A stretch of 64,000 nt of DNA from Octopus sinensis (Eukaryota): positions 1 through 64,000 of the forward strand of contig NW_021834235.1 of NCBI RefSeq assembly GCF_006345805.1, in the 5' to 3' direction. Position 1 is the first letter of the stretch. Every line of letters starts with the position of its first letter. Shown here piece after piece: positions 38,991-50,995 of this stretch. The translations under genes were made by a program, and so were the position numbers. Below the pieces are notes generated by a model. The model was not told the DNA's origin. It worked only from the letters and a program-made list of their open reading frames with translations, and made no database searches.

Positions 38991-39820
38991 TTGAAAGATT
39001 TACAATCAGTAAAGAATTTGACGAACGCAGGATTTGGCAGTTGGCCACGCAGAAGCCCACTTATTGACTAATGTAGTTCCTATATTAAAACCCGTTTGTT
39101 ACTAATTTCTTTTGACATCCACCATCTTTGTTTCAGTTTTTAAAATAATATAGAATTTAATAAAATAACCTTAGTATTATTGAGCTGGTGTTGGAAAGAT
39201 AAATTAACATGGAATTTTGATGGGAGGTTTTCATTTAGATCACTTTGAAACAGGAAGTCGTATCTCAAGTGGATTGGTATCGAAAAGGGTAAATATATTG
39301 ATATAGCATATCTACCCATTTTTATTTTTTTCTCCTTAAACCTCTCAATGTATGGGGAAAGACAGGATGTCTTTTGAAAATCAATTAAACAGGGAATAAA
39401 TTCGGGTTAATACTGTGACTATATATATTCAACAAAATATGATATTCTATTAGATTCAATGGAATGTCTCGAGCTAGGCTTGCGGCAAATTTAATGAGCA
39501 CGGAAATCACTTAACGTCGTCTGGTTAGGAGGTTATATAGCTGGGCGTTTACAAGGAGCTGTCACTAATATTCTTTCTTCCTTTGTCGTTTTAGGATCGA
39601 TAAAATAAATAAGAATATACTAAGGTCATATCTTTTAGTATTTCGTTCCATATTACAAATTTGGCCTTGGGTCAACGATAACAGAGAAAAAAAAAACAGT
39701 ATTCTGGATAATTTACAAATTTCTGCTTCAAAATGAAAAATGAAATTAACAATCTGACCTACATAATTAAACTAAGTTGCTTTTACTTCTAGTGTTGTAC
39801 ACTTTCATGTGTATGTGTAC

Positions 39821-39857
<37 letters not shown>

Positions 39858-40076
39858 TAGATATATGAGAGAAAATAGAGATTAATTAATTCATAATTAT
39901 ATTTATTAATTGCACAAAACAGATGTAATCATTAATTAATTAATCCCTTATTAATTAATTAATCTTTATTTTCTTAATTTCGTTATATATATATAACGAA
40001 ATTGCGAAAATAGAGATTAATCAATTAATAATTATATTTATTAATTGCCAAAAAAAAAAAAAACACAGACATAATC

Positions 40077-40156
40077 CCTGATAGCTGTTTCGATTCCGAC
40101 TTTAAAGATTTTAATTGTAATAATTAAATCATTATAAAATAGAATCTGGTCGGAGG
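40077..40156 (-). ncRNA. Degenerate hammerhead-like motif with 45-nt loop II
   Basis: cct-CCGACCA-GATTC-(45 nt)-GAATC-GAAAC-AGCT-ATC-agg. Confidence 0.4.
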
Positions 40157-40249
40157 CATTAAAAGAATTACTATTACGTTTTTGTATGTCGAGTGTACGG
40201 AACATCTCAGCCGAGAACTGTTTTAGGGATAAATTTCCTATAGAGCTTA

Positions 40250-40369
40250 TAAAGAATAATATCGGTGGATATTTGTATCCCTAATGGGGCTTATTTTTAC
40301 CTCTAATTGAAATATATAGACATACACACATATACACACACCACACCACACACACACCACACACAAAAC

Positions 40370-40400
<31 letters not shown>

Positions 40401-40480
40401 ATATATACATATGCATGTATATATGTATATATATATGTGTGTATATATATATATGTATATATATATATAATATATAATAT

Positions 40481-40513
<33 letters not shown>

Positions 40514-40630
40514 AATGTATATATATATATATATATACACATATATATACATATATATATACATATGTATGTATATATGTGTATATATATATGTATATAT
40601 AATGTATGTATGTATAAATATATATATATA
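40250..40630. repeat. Long compound (TA)n/(CA)n tract
   Basis: Directly visible. Confidence 0.9.
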
Positions 40631-40638
40631 TCTGTGGT

Positions 40639-40676
40639 TCTTTCCGTTGAAGAGCGTAGGCTCGAATCGTAAAAGA
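40639..40676 (+). ncRNA. Hammerhead-like motif, variant core, in a TA-flanked repeat (40630-40775)
   Basis: tcttt-CCGTTGA-A-GAGC-gtag-GCTC-GAAT-CGT-A-aaaga. Confidence 0.5.
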
Positions 40677-40774
40677 CTTTCTCACTTCCCGAGCGTTAAA
40701 CTAATACATCTGTTTGTTGTTTATACACCTGTCTCGTCTTCTTTTATTTTGTTTTTTTTTGTAAATTCCAACTA

Positions 40775-40807
<33 letters not shown>

Positions 40808-40810
40808 ACA

Positions 40811-40868
<58 letters not shown>

Positions 40869-41317
40869 GATAGATACAAGAATAAGTGAGTGAGAGAAGT
40901 AGAATATGAAAACATTACAGACATGTAAACTAAATACAATGAATCATACCAGAGGAAGGAGCTCGGAACCATTCAGAAGCGAACGAAATGTTTTGTCGGT
41001 TCGACAGTGGTTTCGTTAATGAGGAATATACTAAGGAGGGAATATACTACACTGTAGGAAATATTTCAGTTTAACAAATGTTGAAGTAAGTACACGTGTA
41101 AGTGAATATATGAAAACTGAACCAAGTTTTAAAAGATTATGTTTAGTTGAATCAGTGTTTCTCAACAGGGTTCACATGACCCTTGGTGAGGTCCATATAA
41201 GATTTTGTTGCTAAAATATCTGTGCAATAAATTGCTTATGCTTCTACAATACACAAAATATGTTAACAAAATATTTATACAATTTCTAATGATATTTAAT
41301 TATAAAAATATAAAAGG

Positions 41318-41690
41318 ACTAACACTTTGACCCGGCGTTGCCGGGTCATAGTGCTAGTGCATGCATATACAGTGGCGTGCGTGCGGGAGTACTGACCAAA
41401 TCTCCAACCAATCACATACAGCTAGCTGGCATTCAATTGGCGTATCAAGTTTCAGGCATTTTGACTGGGTTTTGGATAGAAAATTCACAAAAATTCACTT
41501 CTATTGATTTTTTAATGGCTTTGCAGGGTAACTGGGGAAATGTAAAAATGTGCACGACCACCCTTGGACGGTTTTGAATGACCATAGAAAGTCCGAGCCC
41601 TCTAATTGAAAAATTGTGGATTTTTATAAAGGACACACACACACACACACAGACATTTTGGAGATTTTTAAACATCGAATGTCTATGAGG
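41318..41690 (+). mobile_element. Helitron/Helentron-like non-autonomous element
   Basis: 5' palindrome actaacactttgacccggc-gtt-gccgggtcatagtgctagt and subterminal (CA)n. Confidence 0.5.
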
Positions 41691-41832
41691 GCCAACATGA
41701 GCAAAATAGGAACCAAAGATGTTCACAGGTAAAAAGAAACGATTGAGGATCACTGAATTAAATCCAATATACGTTTTATCCTAATAGTCTGATTATCTAA
41801 TCTTGTGTGTATCGCATAGACTCAGATGAGTG

Positions 41833-42075
41833 AAGGCGCGTGGCTTAGTGGTTAAGGGTGTTGGACTCATGATCGTAAGATTGTGGTTTCGATTCCTGGA
41901 CTGGGTGACGCGTTGTGTTCTTCAGCAAAACACTTCATCTCACGTTGCTCCAGTTCATTCAGCCGGCAAGAATGAGTAACCAGTCTAGGTGGGGAATATA
42001 TACACCACAGAAATCGGGAAACCGGCCCTCGTGAGTCGGTATGATTCAAGAAGGTTACCTTTACTTTACCTTTAA
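41833..42075 (+). mobile_element. SINE family C, full length
   Basis: tRNA-like head ggcgcgtggcttagtggtta...ggtttcgattcc. Confidence 0.85.
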
Positions 42076-42184
42076 ACTCAGATGAGTTGTTGTTTGAATT
42101 AAGCATGAAGGCGGGAAAGATATGCAGTGATGTACGTCTGGAAGATCCTGGGAAGTCTTGTGGCAAACTTTATCATTGAAAGTT

Positions 42185-42520
42185 ACACATACAGCAGAAC
42201 GGGGCACCGCTAAATAGTGCCAAAGGTCCCAACATCATCATCATGATACAGGGTCAGATATTGCAACAGCTTGGGTTTGAAGGGCCCACATCTCTTCAAT
42301 ATTTTTCCAAAAAGCCTGAAATACATCCGTGGAGTGGATGTAGGTGTCTTCAAAACAAGACTGCATCTCTTCCTATCAAGAGTTATGGATGAGTCTACCG
42401 CGTGGCAGGAAACGCATATGAAGGAAGCAGCATTAATCTCCCTCATTCTTCGATTGCTACATATCAGAGGAAGTTTCAAGTAGTGAAGGTATAGTAAAGC
42501 TAACAGCACGGTTGCAGTTC
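42185..42520 (+). mobile_element. CR1-superfamily LINE ORF2 3' fragment
   Basis: RYCNSLGLKGPHLFNIFPKSLKYIRGVDVGVFKTRLHLFLSRVMDE resembles CR1-group C-termini (G-P-x-L-F-N...FK..LD.FL). Confidence 0.7.
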
Positions 42521-42819
42521 TCGAGTTGAAACTAGTAAAAAAGTTTAAGAGTTTATAATTAGAACCAATTCTGGTTACCAGATAATAATAGAAAGAGAGG
42601 AACATTCCGATGTGTTGAGGGGAGCAAGAATTCATCGATCATTATTTCTGAAAGAAGAAATATCTCGATGACATTTGCGGCGAATGAATGCAGATAATAA
42701 TAGACAACACCTGCAAATGATTATAAAAGTACAATCTGAGGTTAGTGTATGTTCCGAAACGTAGAGTGATGATGCTACAACAGTAAAATCTTGCAAACGT
42801 TAATTTCAGCTTTTCTTAT

Positions 42820-43398
42820 TAATAACTGTATTGTTTGTATCCGGGTAAACTAACAGCTGGGTGTTCAAGGAAGACTTTAAAAGTAACTTGTAGCGACTTC
42901 TTTTGAAAACGAACAAAATTTAGCATCGTGGTATTTATCAAGTCCCTGCAGAAAAAGAGTTTAGCCTCCAAGAACATTCATGCTGATATTGTTGCTGCAT
43001 TAGAAGATGACGCTCTAGCGTTATCAGCAGTGTAAGAATGGTCAGCTAGGAGTGGAAGGGACAGTATTGAAGATGACCCAAAGTTTGGGCGTCCTGCAGC
43101 GACCACCTCCGAGGAAAAAAAATTGATTGTATTCACCACATGGTGATTGATGACAGGCGATTGATTATAAATAAAGTAGTCAATTCTATTAGCAAACCCT
43201 GTGAGAGAGTTGAGAATATTCTGCACAATGATCTTGGCATGACCAAGGTTACTACTTGGTGGGGTCACGTATTCTGACACTTAATCAAAAGCGCACCAGG
43301 ATGATCACATCACGGGTAAATCTGACCTTGTTTCAGGCAGACCCAACTGGTTTCCTTCAACATTTCATAGCCTATGAACTTTTTAGCCCAACCTCGTA
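42820..43398 (+). mobile_element. Mariner remnant (transposase N-terminal half, many stops) ending in a TIR
   Basis: Degraded HTH frame (IHADIVAALEDDALALSAV...IEDDPKFGRPA...ENILHNDLGMTKV) and terminal gaactttttagcccaacctcgta. Confidence 0.85.
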
Positions 43399-43961
43399 CA
43401 TATGGGTGTGTGCGGTGTATAAATATATATATATATATAACCTATTTAACGTTAGCTCTCTTATATTTACGAATAAATATGTATTGTCTCCCTGGTTTAT
43501 AGTGCTAGGTCGCTTGGTGTTAAAATAAGGGTATTATTAAATTAATATCTAATTTTTCACCCTCATTTTTGAATTTATGAATTTGATACGCTGCAGTAAA
43601 TATTACATGCGGTATTCGCTTCCACTAAGTCTTAGCATATGCTTTTGGCGGGGAACTTGTAAGTACAACCCTGAATGTAATCGATCAGACCGCATGGGTA
43701 ATCGTCGCCCGTGTAGGTCTGATAAATTGCATCGATGACAAATGTTGCTGATGATTTATAGATATATATATGTGAGTATAATTTGCATATTATATTGATA
43801 AAGAAACAATTGTACAACATTAATCCACTTTTTAGTTGTATTTCACTTTCCTTACGTTGAGGGTAGTGCTATTTCTATGTCGAGGTATCGTCAGCGATTA
43901 TACCGGAGGAGCTATTTCTAGCACTAGAGTTAACCTATTTAACGTTAACTCTCTTATATTT

Positions 43962-44000
<39 letters not shown>

Positions 44001-44014
44001 GTGACCTCGTGTGT

Positions 44015-44210
44015 ACCGTTGGCGATTGTTTTTCCTCTGTCTTCCCTTCTCTGGATCTTTCCTTCTCCTATGTTTCCGACGAAGAGCTCCGCTCGAAACG
44101 TTAAACCCTCCTTCTTTCCTTCTTTCCTGAGCGTCCAATAATACTATATTGTTCCACGTGCTCGCGTTGTTGTGTTTTTTTTTGTGCTTTCTTGTTTGGA
44201 TTAACTATAT
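44015..44210 (+). mobile_element. Penelope-like terminal-repeat fragment in (TA)n
   Basis: Highly similar to 54290-54500; contains a hammerhead motif. Confidence 0.75.
44072..44106 (+). ncRNA. Minimal type-I hammerhead motif with U4C core
   Basis: gttt-CCGACGA-A-GAGC-tcc-GCTC-GAAA-CGT-T-aaac; palindromic ACGT helix III, GUU site. Confidence 0.7.
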
Positions 44211-44217
44211 ATATATA

Positions 44218-44271
<54 letters not shown>

Positions 44272-44434
44272 TATATATAAAAGGGGAAGCCGTTTCTAAC
44301 CACTTTGGAAAGCAGTTAACTGCGTATTCAGCTGTAGTTTATACCGGGATTCTAGTTGTATACCAAACTGTGCACTCAGAGTACAAACCTGTTAGTTTGA
44401 GGCACTCTGATGAAAACGCCACGTATATTTTTTG

Positions 44435-44634
<200 letters not shown>

Positions 44635-44659
44635 CTGATTGATTGATTGATTGATTTGT

Positions 44660-45075
44660 GAGTAAGTGTGTGTGTTTGCCCCTACCCGCCGCTCGATAAT
44701 AGATATTGATAAGCGTGCATCCCCGTAACTTAGCGGTTCAGCCAAAGAGCCACATAGAATAAGTACCAGATAAGTACAGATAAGTACTAAAGTCGATTCG
44801 TTCGACTAAAGTAAGACGGTGCCCCAGTATGGTCGCAGTCTAATGACTGAAACAAGCAAAACATAAAAAAGAGAAATCTGTTTTAATTCGTTTTAAGGTT
44901 ATATATATAGAGTGCAGCGTCCCCGTCACTTAGCGGTTCGGCAAAAGAGACCGATAGAATAAGTACTGGGCTTACAAAGAATAAGTCCCGGGGTCGATTT
45001 GCTCGACTAAAGGCGGTGCTCCAGCATGGCTGCAGTCAAATGACTGAAACAAGTAAAAGAGTAAAGAGTAAAGAG
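44660..45075 (+). mobile_element. Two SINE family B 3' parts
   Basis: 44660-44870 (diverged) and 44915-45075 (near consensus, with (gtaaaga)n tail). Confidence 0.85.
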
Positions 45076-46142
45076 TATACATACAGTTACCCGTCATACG
45101 ATGGGCAACTGTATGACTGCATACTGGATGTTTGTCAGCCATTTTGGGAGTTTTGTGTATTAAAAGAATTAAGCAATGATTTATGTATGTGAGTTAATGG
45201 CCTACTGTCATTTCGTGTAGTCACTCCTCAACGTATTTACCCGAAGATATGTCCACTTTTAGTATTCAGTTACCAATGATGAGTTGAGTCTTTCGTAAAA
45301 GGATTAACCATCAAAGGAGCAGACGATTTAACTATGAATATTAACACTGAAGCTGCCGAGTTCGCTGCTAAAAACAACGGAAACACGTTGTAATTACTCA
45401 ATTAGATTTTAGTACAGATTTAAAACTCTCTCATGAGTGTAGTTAGGACTGGAAAGGTTTTTAACCAGCTGACATTTTCTAGATACACTACAGTAAGGTG
45501 GAGTTTAAGAGGTTTGCTCTTCTACGACCCAATTTCGTTTATTTTTTATTATTTTTCTAAAATAATTGATCGTTTAAACTATTTTAGAGAAATTGCATGA
45601 AGTTGGCAATCCATAAGTAACGATTTCATCTAAGTAATATGATATATTTTAGAGCCCAAAATATTTTCTCTTTCATTAGATTTTATTCAATCTAGAGATG
45701 TGTGTTTTATTTAAACGGGTGTGTAAATTTTAGAATTAATTGTCTAATTTTATCGGTGACAATAAACTATTTAAACTCTTTAGTCAAATAGTTCTTCATC
45801 TAAAAACCCATTTCGCCTTCGAGGTTAAAATCTCTAGACAACCTTCTGTAACCTGACAACCGAACTATTTGCAGTTTTGACCTAGCTGACGCTCGCTAAA
45901 TTCGAAATGGCCCGAAATCACCGAATTAAAAATGAACTGCATGCATACCTTTGATAAGGAAATCTATGTGCAGACGTTCTCCCTCCAGAAATAGCAGCCA
46001 ATCATCCTTTATATCATATACATTATTATCCTTTAAAAAATGGAAGGATATATTAGCATAGCCTACGTGATCTCTTTTTCTTTCTCTCACCACATGTGTA
46101 CATACACACACACACACATACATACATACATACATACATACA

Positions 46143-46176
<34 letters not shown>

Positions 46177-46740
46177 CACACACACACACACATACACACA
46201 CACTGTGTGCAAATGCTTACAACAACCACAAGAAACTTGCAAGAGGGGCGGTGTTTGCTAATAATGAAATCGACAATCTTCGTTTTTTAATCTGATTTGC
46301 AAGATTCTTAATGCGAATTCGTGTGTTGGAGAAAATTTTGCTGTGTCTGCCTTGTTATCTAACACACTCTCCGGCGATAACGTACAACGTCAACAGCCAT
46401 TGACAAGGTTGCATCAAAAGCAACGAAAACTTTGGAGAAAAAGGAAATATAAATGATAAATGAGTAAAAATCGAACCGGTGAATGCGTTAGACAAGGCAT
46501 GAAGACGGTATGACTCTTCCCAGAAGCAACAAAATTGACTATATTTCTGATGGAAATATTAACGGCTTCTCACACTGTAATTCATAAAATTTATTGGGTT
46601 TCGTTGACTCTGAAGGGATGAAAGGCAATTTTTTTTCTGTGTGAGATTTGAACCCAGAATCTTTTTGCCAAAGAGAAGGATGCGTTGAAGGTAAAAAAGA
46701 CTCAACTCAAAGTAGATAGAACCTCTCAAAATTATATATC

Positions 46741-47128
46741 CTTTTCTATTCTAGGCACAAGGCCCGAAACTTTTGAGGGGGGCCAGTCGATTAGATCGAC
46801 CCCAGTACGCAATTGGTACTTGATTTATCGATCCTGAAAGGATGAAAGGCAAAGTCGACCTCGGCGTAATTTGAACTCAGGACGTAAAGACAGACGAAAT
46901 ACCTATTTCTTTATTACCCACAAGGGGCTAAACATAGAGGGGATAAACAAGGACAAACAAACGGATTAAGTCGATTACATCGACTCCAGTGCGTAAGTGG
47001 TACTTAATTTATCGACCCCGAAAGGATGAAAGGCAAAGTCGACCTCGGTGGAATTTGAACTCAGAACATAAAGACAAACGAAATACCGCTAAGCATTTTG
47101 CCCGGCGTGTTAACGTTTCTGCCAGCTA
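46741..47128 (-). mobile_element. Dimeric SINE family A
   Basis: Head-core-tail1-core-tail2 on the minus strand. Confidence 0.9.
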
Positions 47129-47757
47129 GCAGCTGTTCTTAGAAATATATATTAAAATAAATTTGATGCTTGTATAATCGTATTTGTAGCTAATCTAAAG
47201 TAACAATTAGTTTCGTTTCAGCTGAATGCTAATTTATTAACTCATTGCAACGGAATGTATCTACGGACGTGACCGGAAACTTGCCCTCTCCTTCGAAAAT
47301 TTGAAAAGAAGGAAGACATTGCAAAGGAAGGAACGTGATAAATATAACGACGAGCATTTGTCAGAAATAACGATGATCGCTTCTTGCTTCTTCAGATACA
47401 GAAAAAGAAAGATATACACACACACACACACACACACGCATACACGCGCGCGCACACACATAGACACATGCATGCATACACGCATACACTCACGAGCACA
47501 TGTACTCACACGTAGGCACAGACACGCACAAAAACACATACACACATACACGTATACATATACATGGCTTTTCTAATAGGAGTCTCAAGAGCTCAACAAT
47601 TTTGATAAGGCTAACACCACACCAACGCACAGACATATCTATACAGCCACACAAACATAAATACATAATGTCTTTGTATCTATCATAAAAATATGTTAAT
47701 GGTTGTTCGTAGACATCATACATCCAATTAAACGCTAACACATTTTTATGTAGTAAA

Positions 47758-48190
47758 GGATCTTTTCGGTTTGAACGGCAGTTTTTTCTAGCGGTGTCAT
47801 ATGAAATTGTCACCCATAATTATGACCCTAGTATCGATCTATTGCATTTCAATCTGTTTTAGGGTTAGGGTTAGGGTTAGAGTTAGGGGTGAGGGGAAGC
47901 GTATCTTTTTTTCTTCACAAATGTAAATAAACCCAATCTGTTTCTTAAACGAGGGACATATTCATACGGCACAGAATGTTTTTTTTACCTCAATAGACGT
48001 CATTGATTGGTTGAAATTGAGGAAATTGAAGAAAAAAACAACAACAAATATCTTACAAACTATAGAATTTTCTCAATAAAGCCAAGAGAAAAAGATGTTT
48101 TATAAACATATTCTACCATTATACGAAGTTTAAAAGTGTTTAGTTACCTAGAAATTATGTTAAAATTTGCCGTTCAAACCGAAAAGATCC
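47758..48190. mobile_element. MITE with 23-bp perfect TIRs and internal (TTAGGG)n
   Basis: ggatcttttcggtttgaacggca / tgccgttcaaaccgaaaagatcc; TTAGGG units at 47859-47888. Confidence 0.9.
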
Positions 48191-50114
48191 CACCTTTTCA
48201 TGTACTAAATGCATCATACATCTAACTCCACATTGAATTTTACATTAACCCTTTGTCTGTTCAAAGCATTTTGATAAGTTTGTCCTAAACGTCCTCGCTC
48301 GTTTTCAAACTTTTCGTCAGCCTTTATTTCATACATTCGGTGTTAAAATAAAAATTTCCTTTCATACGTCCTAAGTAACTCTGGCGGATGAAAAGAATCG
48401 GGAATGTACATCATACATGATGCATGATTACCGGAGAAATATGTCTTTTGATATCGCTTGTAATACAAAGGACAGACAAAGGGTTAAATAAAGATTTCTC
48501 TTCAGCCTCCCTTCTTCCTTAAAATTTTCTTCTTGATTTAATGCAAACCCAACATTTGTAAGAGAATGGATTAAAATGACTCAGTATATAACTGGTATTA
48601 TTTTAACCATTTCTCATGAAGTGTATCTAAAATGAAATGTCATCGAGGTCGTGAAGCTGCGAGGTGGCACATTGTTGGTTCGGAGCAATGAAAGAAATGT
48701 AATCTGAATGCTAACCCGGTCAAACACACAACTAAAGAGGTGCAAATTAATACAATGCCAGTAGAAAAACACCAACAGAGGTGTGAGTGTATCGAAAGTT
48801 ATTGCTAATGGGATATGAAGACAAGACTTCGGGACATGCCTTAAGAACCTGATACATATCATTGGATCTCTGTCCCGTTGTCACTGCTATGTCCCAATGG
48901 CAATATTGCCCGAATCCTCGTCGCAACAGATATGTCCCATGATGACGACATTTATTTCGTCGTCTCTACGGGTCTGCTCCGAACTGCGAACCTTCGCCGA
49001 CAACTCCTGGCATGTGCAGGAACTGGTTCGCAATCCATTATCAGTTGTGTTTTTTTTTTTTGTCTTTTCACTTCGCCCCAAAATGGGGAAAAAGACAAAC
49101 TCACAAAATTCACAAGCCCGCAGGCAAAAATAGTACTTATCAAATTCAACAATTCAAATCAAAGGTTCACCCTCGCGGGAGACCCCTCAACAGGCATACA
49201 ACACAACTCACATCGACCGAAATCAAAAGATTTAACAACAGGAGCAACAATCTTCGCTGACCGACCCTACTGACTGTGTCAGTCCCCTATTTATTAGTAG
49301 TGGACCAGCCCACTTCTCGCCTGGGGGGCCTCCACCACAACAGAATCCATTGTCTTTTAGCTACAATTCTACGAGAAACAAAGCAAAACGCGAAAAATCC
49401 AAGAAATATAAGAATGTAAGATTGCATCGTGTTTATTTCTGAATTATTATCTGTGTTTATTAGTGTTTCCATGTAGACGTGTGTTAGCACCGAGCTACAA
49501 GATGTCATGGCTATTTTTGCGAACACAGCACTTCTTTTTTTTTTATTTTGTTTTTATATATTATCTAATTTTTGCCAATGAAGTCTCTTTCCTCAAGTAC
49601 ATAAAGACATTCAAGTGCCAGTCAGCAGCAATTTGTGTGACTGAGTGCAGAATTATGAGTAGAGTCCCGTATATGGTATATGTCAGTGCTTCTAGATAGA
49701 CACACGGTGACACAGTTAACACACATACACACACACACAAACACACAGAGGCACGCACACACGTACACATACATAGACGAACAATCATATATACAAATAT
49801 ATTCGTGAATTCATAGAAATATAACTACGTAGGTGTGTGTGTGTGTGTGCGTATGCATATGTGTGTGTGTGTTGTGAATGTATGTGAATATGATATGTCG
49901 TCTGCATATTTCGAGAGGATACTTAAATAGTTATTAAGTGAGCTGCCGGGATTTCACAAACACACTAGAAATACGTCATTAACTACAGATGCAATCGAGT
50001 GCAAGTATTGAACACCTTGATGATTGATAGGGATTTGTATCGATATCAGTGAATAGATACATTATTTACATTATTTACATTCGACGGATATTTGTCCTCA
50101 TCTTGTTTGTTGTT

Positions 50115-50160
50115 AACATAACGTTTCGGCTGATATACCCTCCAGCCTTTATCAGGTGTC
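50115..50160 (-). ncRNA. Hammerhead motif, probably inactive (G8A)
   Basis: gacac-CTGATAA-A-GGCTG-gagggtatat-CAGCC-GAAA-CGT-T-atgtt. Confidence 0.55.
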
Positions 50161-50214
50161 TTGGGGAAATTTCGAACCTGGGTTTCCCCAAGATACCTGA
50201 AGAAATTTCTCCAA

Positions 50215-50260
50215 GACATCTGATGAAGGCTGGATGCTATATCAGCCGAAACGTTGTGTT
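50215..50260 (+). ncRNA. Minimal type-I hammerhead motif, canonical core
   Basis: gacat-CTGATGA-A-GGCTG-gatgctatat-CAGCC-GAAA-CGT-T-gtgtt. Confidence 0.75.
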
Positions 50261-50479
50261 AACAACAAACAAGATGAAGACAAATATCCGTCGAATGTAA
50301 ATAATGTACATAATTCCTCATCTCTTAAATATAGAACTGCAGTGAGTAGATATTCTTAACTTTATGTACTAATAGGTTAACTAAAACTGTTGCAACACGA
50401 TTAACTCCCTCGTCATCCACAGCCAAAACATATACATTGGAAATATATCGCAGATGCCATGGGTGGATTGTTATTAGCA

Positions 50480-50995
50480 ATTTCTGATTTTCAGTAGTTG
50501 ATTAGTCAGCAGTTCATATCGATTAAGTATTGAACAAGTAATTAATTGGTTGATGGTTCATATTGATGAAGTGCTGAACGAGTGACCAGTGGCTATTGAA
50601 CTGGTAGCTGAATGATCGGAAATTTGCATCGATGGCATACAGAACAAACGGTTGACCGGTGACTCATATCAATGAGGTAGTTAAATGATCGATAGTTCTC
50701 TCTATCGATAGGGTATTGAACAACTAACTGATTGATTGGGTTGTATCGATGAGGTACAGAACAAGTATCGATTGATAGGAGCATACATATTAACGAAATA
50801 CTGAACAAGTAGTTAATTGATTGATTGGAAGTTTATATCGATGAAATTAAAGGTAACTATTAGATTGATAGACATACATATCGATACAATATTGGACATA
50901 TTGATTGGGTGGGTTGTATTGAAAAGATACGAAGCAACAAATTGACTGATAGAAGCAAAGATCTAGTAGATTGAATAGGTTGTATCGATAAGGCA
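50480..50995. repeat. Old degenerate minisatellite, about 40-45 bp unit
   Basis: About 11 units of the type atcgatgaggtactgaacaagtagttgattgattgg. Confidence 0.7.

Larger units (their letters stand above)
50068..50307. mobile_element. Palindromic Penelope-like terminal repeat with opposed hammerheads
   Basis: Arms 50068-50172 and 50203-50307, plus a partial third repeat (ccccaagatacctgaaga) in the spacer. Confidence 0.85.

Noticed and set aside
45080-45115. pre-miRNA hairpin
   Set aside because: The 16-bp stem (36 nt in total) is too short.
47859-47888. Telomere
   Set aside because: Short, degenerate and internal to a MITE.
50480-50995. CRISPR-like array
   Set aside because: Eukaryotic context, degenerate units, no unique spacers and no cas genes.
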